IMG/VR virus record: IMGVR_UViG_3300032087_003663 | Span: 1-54,657 of that record | From: a virus | Taxonomy: Duplodnaviria; Caudoviricetes | Reading direction: 5' to 3' (one strand) | DNA length: 54,657 nucleotides | Shown here: positions 51,879 to 54,657 of the stretch, in pieces | How the letters are laid out: each line of letters opens with the position of its first letter | How positions within the stretch are numbered: position 1 is the stretch's first letter | Program-made: the position numbers and the translations under genes | The notes under the pieces: model-generated | Databases searched by the model: none | Seen by the model: the letters and a program-made list of their open reading frames with translations, nothing else | What the model was told of the DNA's origin: nothing

Positions 51879-52226
51879 TCACTTAATGCGAATCCCACAA
51901 ACTTTCTTTCCGGCGAACCGGACGTTTTCATTGACGTAGAGAGTGATCTCCTGATCCTTCCAGTCCTTGACGTTGTTCCCAAATAGCTCCACCATTCGCT
52001 TTCGATTAGTGGAGTTCAGGACCAACTGCTTACCCTTCCCTTTGAACTCAAGAGCGAAGACCGTGTCTTCCTTTCGACCTTGATCGAACTGCACATCCTT
52101 ATGCTTACGGCAGGCCGCGACAGTCACTTTGACGGTCTGCCCCTGAATGTCCTCCGAGGAGAGCCACTGCGAGACTTTCATTTCCCCGCTGCGTCCCTCA
52201 AACTCCTCGCCTTGCTCACTCATCAA
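51879..52226 (-). CDS. hypothetical recombination-associated protein
   Basis: 115 aa; LVLNSTN...FG....W....ITL...GIRI; directly downstream of the exonuclease. Confidence 0.65.
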   Translation of the reverse strand: MMSEQGEEFEGRSGEMKVSQWLSSEDIQGQTVKVTVAACRKHKDVQFDQGRKEDTVFALEFKGKGKQLVLNSTNRKRMVELFGNNVKDWKDQEITLYVNENVRFAGKKVCGIRIK

Positions 52227-53091
52227 AGCCCTCCAATTCTTCTTCGGGAAGGTTCACATCCCACGCATCAAGCGTCAGGACAGTTGGCTCTCGCGTCCAA
52301 TCACTGACCCAGTCGTTCTCTTGGTAACGGCGATTCATTTCAGCAAGCAGACGCACATACGCTTCGCCTGCGCGCTCTCTTGAGATTGGGTCATAGTGGT
52401 AGCAACCGACTCGGTACGGCGCGACGGCCTCCACGACCCAGAACTTGAACGAGACTGGCTTTCCAGTAGTGTGGGCGACACCAGAGGAATAGTGAGCATC
52501 CTGAAGCCAGTAGAGTTGATTCTTGGCTACCCTTTCCCACTGATCTGGTGACGCCGACTCGCTGACCTTAAGGTCGTAGATCGTGACCTGATCATCAGAT
52601 TCAAACATGAAGTCTGGCTTGCAGCGACACTTCAGTCCGGTCGCAGAGTCTGTCCAGAAGACAGCAGTCTCAAAGACAGCATTTGGGTCCATCACCAGAT
52701 CCCCAAGAGGCTGGGCCATGACAGAGTTGCAGATGCTAACTACACGGTGGTAATCCTCATCTTTCAGCACTGTCTTGCCCTGTGCAGCCATTAGCTCCCG
52801 GTATGCGGCTGCTGGCTTGGGGTTGATTGCTCCATTGGACTTAAAGCAGTCAGCCGGATAATGCGTTATCTTGTCGGCAGGTTCAGCCTGTTCAAGCAAA
52901 ATTGCATGCACCAACGATCCAACCTGGACGCGGATATTGTTTGACAAATCCGGCGTAGGGGCCGTCTGCGATACATAACGCTGATCGTACAACTCCCATT
53001 GCTGACGATAGCCTGTCTTAATCGTAGTCGCTGACAGAACATCGAGCATCGCGTGATATTCTGCGTCAGTTAGATTTTGAGTATTGCTCAC
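52216..53091 (-). CDS. RecE/exonuclease VIII-like PD-(D/E)XK nuclease
   Basis: EYHA...LS.T, GSLVHA..LE, CRCKPD, DLK, Y..Q.AHY, VE...PY; GTG 53091 after AGGGGAG. Confidence 0.85.
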   Translation of the reverse strand: MSNTQNLTDAEYHAMLDVLSATTIKTGYRQQWELYDQRYVSQTAPTPDLSNNIRVQVGSLVHAILLEQAEPADKITHYPADCFKSNGAINPKPAAAYRELMAAQGKTVLKDEDYHRVVSICNSVMAQPLGDLVMDPNAVFETAVFWTDSATGLKCRCKPDFMFESDDQVTIYDLKVSESASPDQWERVAKNQLYWLQDAHYSSGVAHTTGKPVSFKFWVVEAVAPYRVGCYHYDPISRERAGEAYVRLLAEMNRRYQENDWVSDWTREPTVLTLDAWDVNLPEEELEGFDE

Positions 53092-53269
53092 TTTTTCTCC
53101 CCTGTATGTTTCCGTGTGAATCGATCCGCTCAACCAAAATGCTTCTCGGAGCTTTGGTCTTTGCTGCTAATGAACCGCCCCTGACTCGGTCGAAGTAAAT
53201 TTCTATTCGCTGCCCATCCGTAGTCGTCAGCAGTAAACCCTCGCCCTCTTTCCTTTTTAGACTCAGCAT
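53066..53269 (-). CDS. csrA: CsrA/RsmA-like RNA-binding protein
   Basis: MLSLKRKEGE...I.I....V.G......AP..I...R matches the CsrA pattern; GGAGGT upstream. Confidence 0.7.
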   Translation of the reverse strand: MLSLKRKEGEGLLLTTTDGQRIEIYFDRVRGGSLAAKTKAPRSILVERIDSHGNIQGRKSEQYSKSN

Positions 53270-53271
53270 CT

Positions 53272-53754
53272 CTACACCTCCCTGAGATTGATTTCCCGAA
53301 TGCCTGGATCATCGACGCCTACCCACCTTTCTGCGTAATCGCTGATGGGTCGGTTAGCACGAATTTCAGCTACAGCCGCTTTAATTTCTTCTTCTGTGGG
53401 AATCCGTGTCCCATCCTTCATGCATGCTTCGTCGCGGTCGTAAACTGTCTTTTTGTCAGTGATGATGAGTTGCTCAACTAAAAGCTTTCCGTCGTGACAT
53501 ACTGTGACCAAGGCGATCTGACCTACCGGCTTGCATCCAGAACGGATAAGAAAAGATGATTCGGAGTAATCGGCAACGAGGTGGCCTGCGACCCTGCTGC
53601 GAAACCATTTCACAGAACGACGCTCCTTCGCCGTCTTCGCAGCCTTGCGAACAATCTCAAACACTCCATCCACCTCGCTCGTTGAGCGAATGACCCACGA
53701 CTTTGAATGAAGCGACTTGTCAGTCACCCACATCCCTCTAAGTTCAGGCGTCAT
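53272..53754 (-). CDS. hypothetical protein
   Basis: 160 aa; GGAG upstream; PTEEEI.....EIR and PGIRE motifs. Confidence 0.75.
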   Translation of the reverse strand: MTPELRGMWVTDKSLHSKSWVIRSTSEVDGVFEIVRKAAKTAKERRSVKWFRSRVAGHLVADYSESSFLIRSGCKPVGQIALVTVCHDGKLLVEQLIITDKKTVYDRDEACMKDGTRIPTEEEIKAAVAEIRANRPISDYAERWVGVDDPGIREINLREV

Positions 53755-53973
53755 CCACTCGCTCCATGCTCACCCGATTTCCCACCTAATCGCCGTTCCG
53801 AACGACGAATAGCGGTGAAGCAGTCAAATTGGAGTGTGATCAAACGCAGTGTTTCGACGCCCCAGCGCGCCCAATCGACAGATCAGCCTCACTGGAACTT
53901 AGACGCATTGATATCAAAACCAATACGATTGAAACAATTTGCGGTTTGATCACCGCTTGCCTCACCGAAAACA

Positions 53974-54002
53974 AATATGGGGACTGTCAAACACAAAGTC
54001 AA
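53974..54002 (-). promoter_or_regulatory. putative leftward sigma70-type promoter
   Basis: TTGACT(54002-53997)-17 nt-CATATT(53979-53974), upstream of the replication operon. Confidence 0.45.
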
Positions 54003-54020
54003 CAGGTATTTTTGACGGGC

Positions 54021-54039
54021 TTTGACCAGACTTGTCAAA
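54021..54039. promoter_or_regulatory. putative palindromic operator TGAC-N7-GTCA, copy 2
   Basis: ttTGACCAGACTTGTCAaa; near-identical to 3318-3332. Confidence 0.5.
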
Positions 54040-54045
54040 ATAGCC

Positions 54046-54128
54046 GGAGGATAAGCGAATTGGTGAGCAGCTTCACTGGAACTGAAGTACCGAGCAATCG
54101 GCTGCGGGTTCGAGTCCCGTGTCCTCCG
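54046..54128 (+). tRNA. trnS: tRNA-Ser (GGA)
   Basis: Acceptor GGAGGAT/GTCCTCC with discriminator G; D-loop TGG; anticodon arm CTTCA-CTGGAAC-TGAAG (GGA at 54078-80); long variable arm CCGA-GCAA-TCGG; T-arm GCGGG-TTCGAGT-CCCGT; CCA not encoded. Confidence 0.9.
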
Positions 54129-54129
54129 C

Positions 54130-54657
54130 TTAGAGTTTTGCAGAGAGAACAGGCGTTTCAACATTAGCCATGTCACCGACTGCTTCATAAAGAGCATCGG
54201 CATGCTTGGTAGCGTTGGCCTGAACGTAGTATTCAAGGGTTGTAGATATAGAAGCGTGACGCATCATCACTCGTAAAGTATCTGGCATTACTTTTGGTGA
54301 CCACCTAGCCCCAAAAGCTCGCCTGAAATCATGAGCAGTTGCACATCGTTTAATACCATCCCGTTCGCTGACGACAACATTGGCTTGTCGCCCGCATCGC
54401 GATATGTACTTACCCACAGTCTTGATCGACATCGAGTCGCCTTTGGACAGCGTCCATCTAAAGACAAGGTCGCGTCTTTGCGATTTTTTTACCGATCTGA
54501 GAAGCTCTGCAAAATCGGGAGTCATCGGTATCAGCCGGTTCTGTCGAGCCTTCTCTGCCCTAGCGACGATCTGAATCATCGGACGCTTGCTATCAAGATC
54601 GACGACATAGTGACCAGCCTCTGTTGGCTCCCAGTAAAACTTAAAGGTTTCACCAAG
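54130..54657 (-). CDS. int: tyrosine recombinase / integrase, C-terminal part (5' end outside window)
   Basis: HDFRR, MRHASISTT..YY and KARQNR motifs; frame stays open to the window edge (LGE....W). Confidence 0.9.
   Translation of the reverse strand, partial: LGETFKFYWEPTEAGHYVVDLDSKRPMIQIVARAEKARQNRLIPMTPDFAELLRSVKKSQRRDLVFRWTLSKGDSMSIKTVGKYISRCGRQANVVVSERDGIKRCATAHDFRRAFGARWSPKVMPDTLRVMMRHASISTTLEYYVQANATKHADALYEAVGDMANVETPVLSAKL

Larger units (their letters stand above)
1..54657. mobile_element. temperate tailed bacteriophage genome or prophage (near-complete)
   Basis: Terminase, portal, capsid, tail, replication and integrase modules; no host housekeeping genes. Confidence 0.92.

Noticed and set aside
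54012-54041. Rightward promoter TTGACG-N18-CAAAAT for the tRNA
   Set aside because: The -10 box ends only 4 nt before the mature tRNA 5' end, so the spacing is doubtful and it was not called.
53829-54236. ORFs 53829-54167 (+) and 53889-54236 (-)
   Set aside because: They run across the tRNA, promoter region and integrase end and show no coding features.

Overview
The window is most of a temperate tailed-phage genome (Caudoviricetes, >54.6 kb; the integrase is cut off at the right edge). The host is tentatively a planctomycete, inferred from protein styles only. Layout: (1) 1-5.6 kb, + strand: small acidic early/accessory ORFs ending in a serine recombinase. (2) 5.6-43.1 kb, - strand late operon, read right to left: scaffold, major capsid, decoration protein, terminase small and large subunits, portal, a membrane-protein/papain-like peptidase cassette, a repeat-rich fibre, neck, tail tube and tail-tip genes with no recognisable tape measure, then probable ejection proteins including a 3.6-kaa polyvalent protein. 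(3) 43.2-44.4 kb, + strand: HTH protein and metallophosphoesterase. (4) 44.4-53.8 kb, - strand replication/recombination module: RusA-like resolvase, DnaB-N-like protein, SSB, SF2 helicase, a C5 methyltransferase with a nested alternative-frame subunit, RecE-like exonuclease and CsrA. (5) tRNA-Ser(GGA) converging on a tyrosine integrase. The most striking unexplained signal is four intergenic tRNA-mimic elements (acceptor stem, unpaired ATGG/AGTAG segment, T-arm, no anticodon arm). Their stems differ in sequence but keep pairing, and each is followed by a TGTTTCTGTTT leader motif. All product calls come from motif recognition by eye; no database searches were run.
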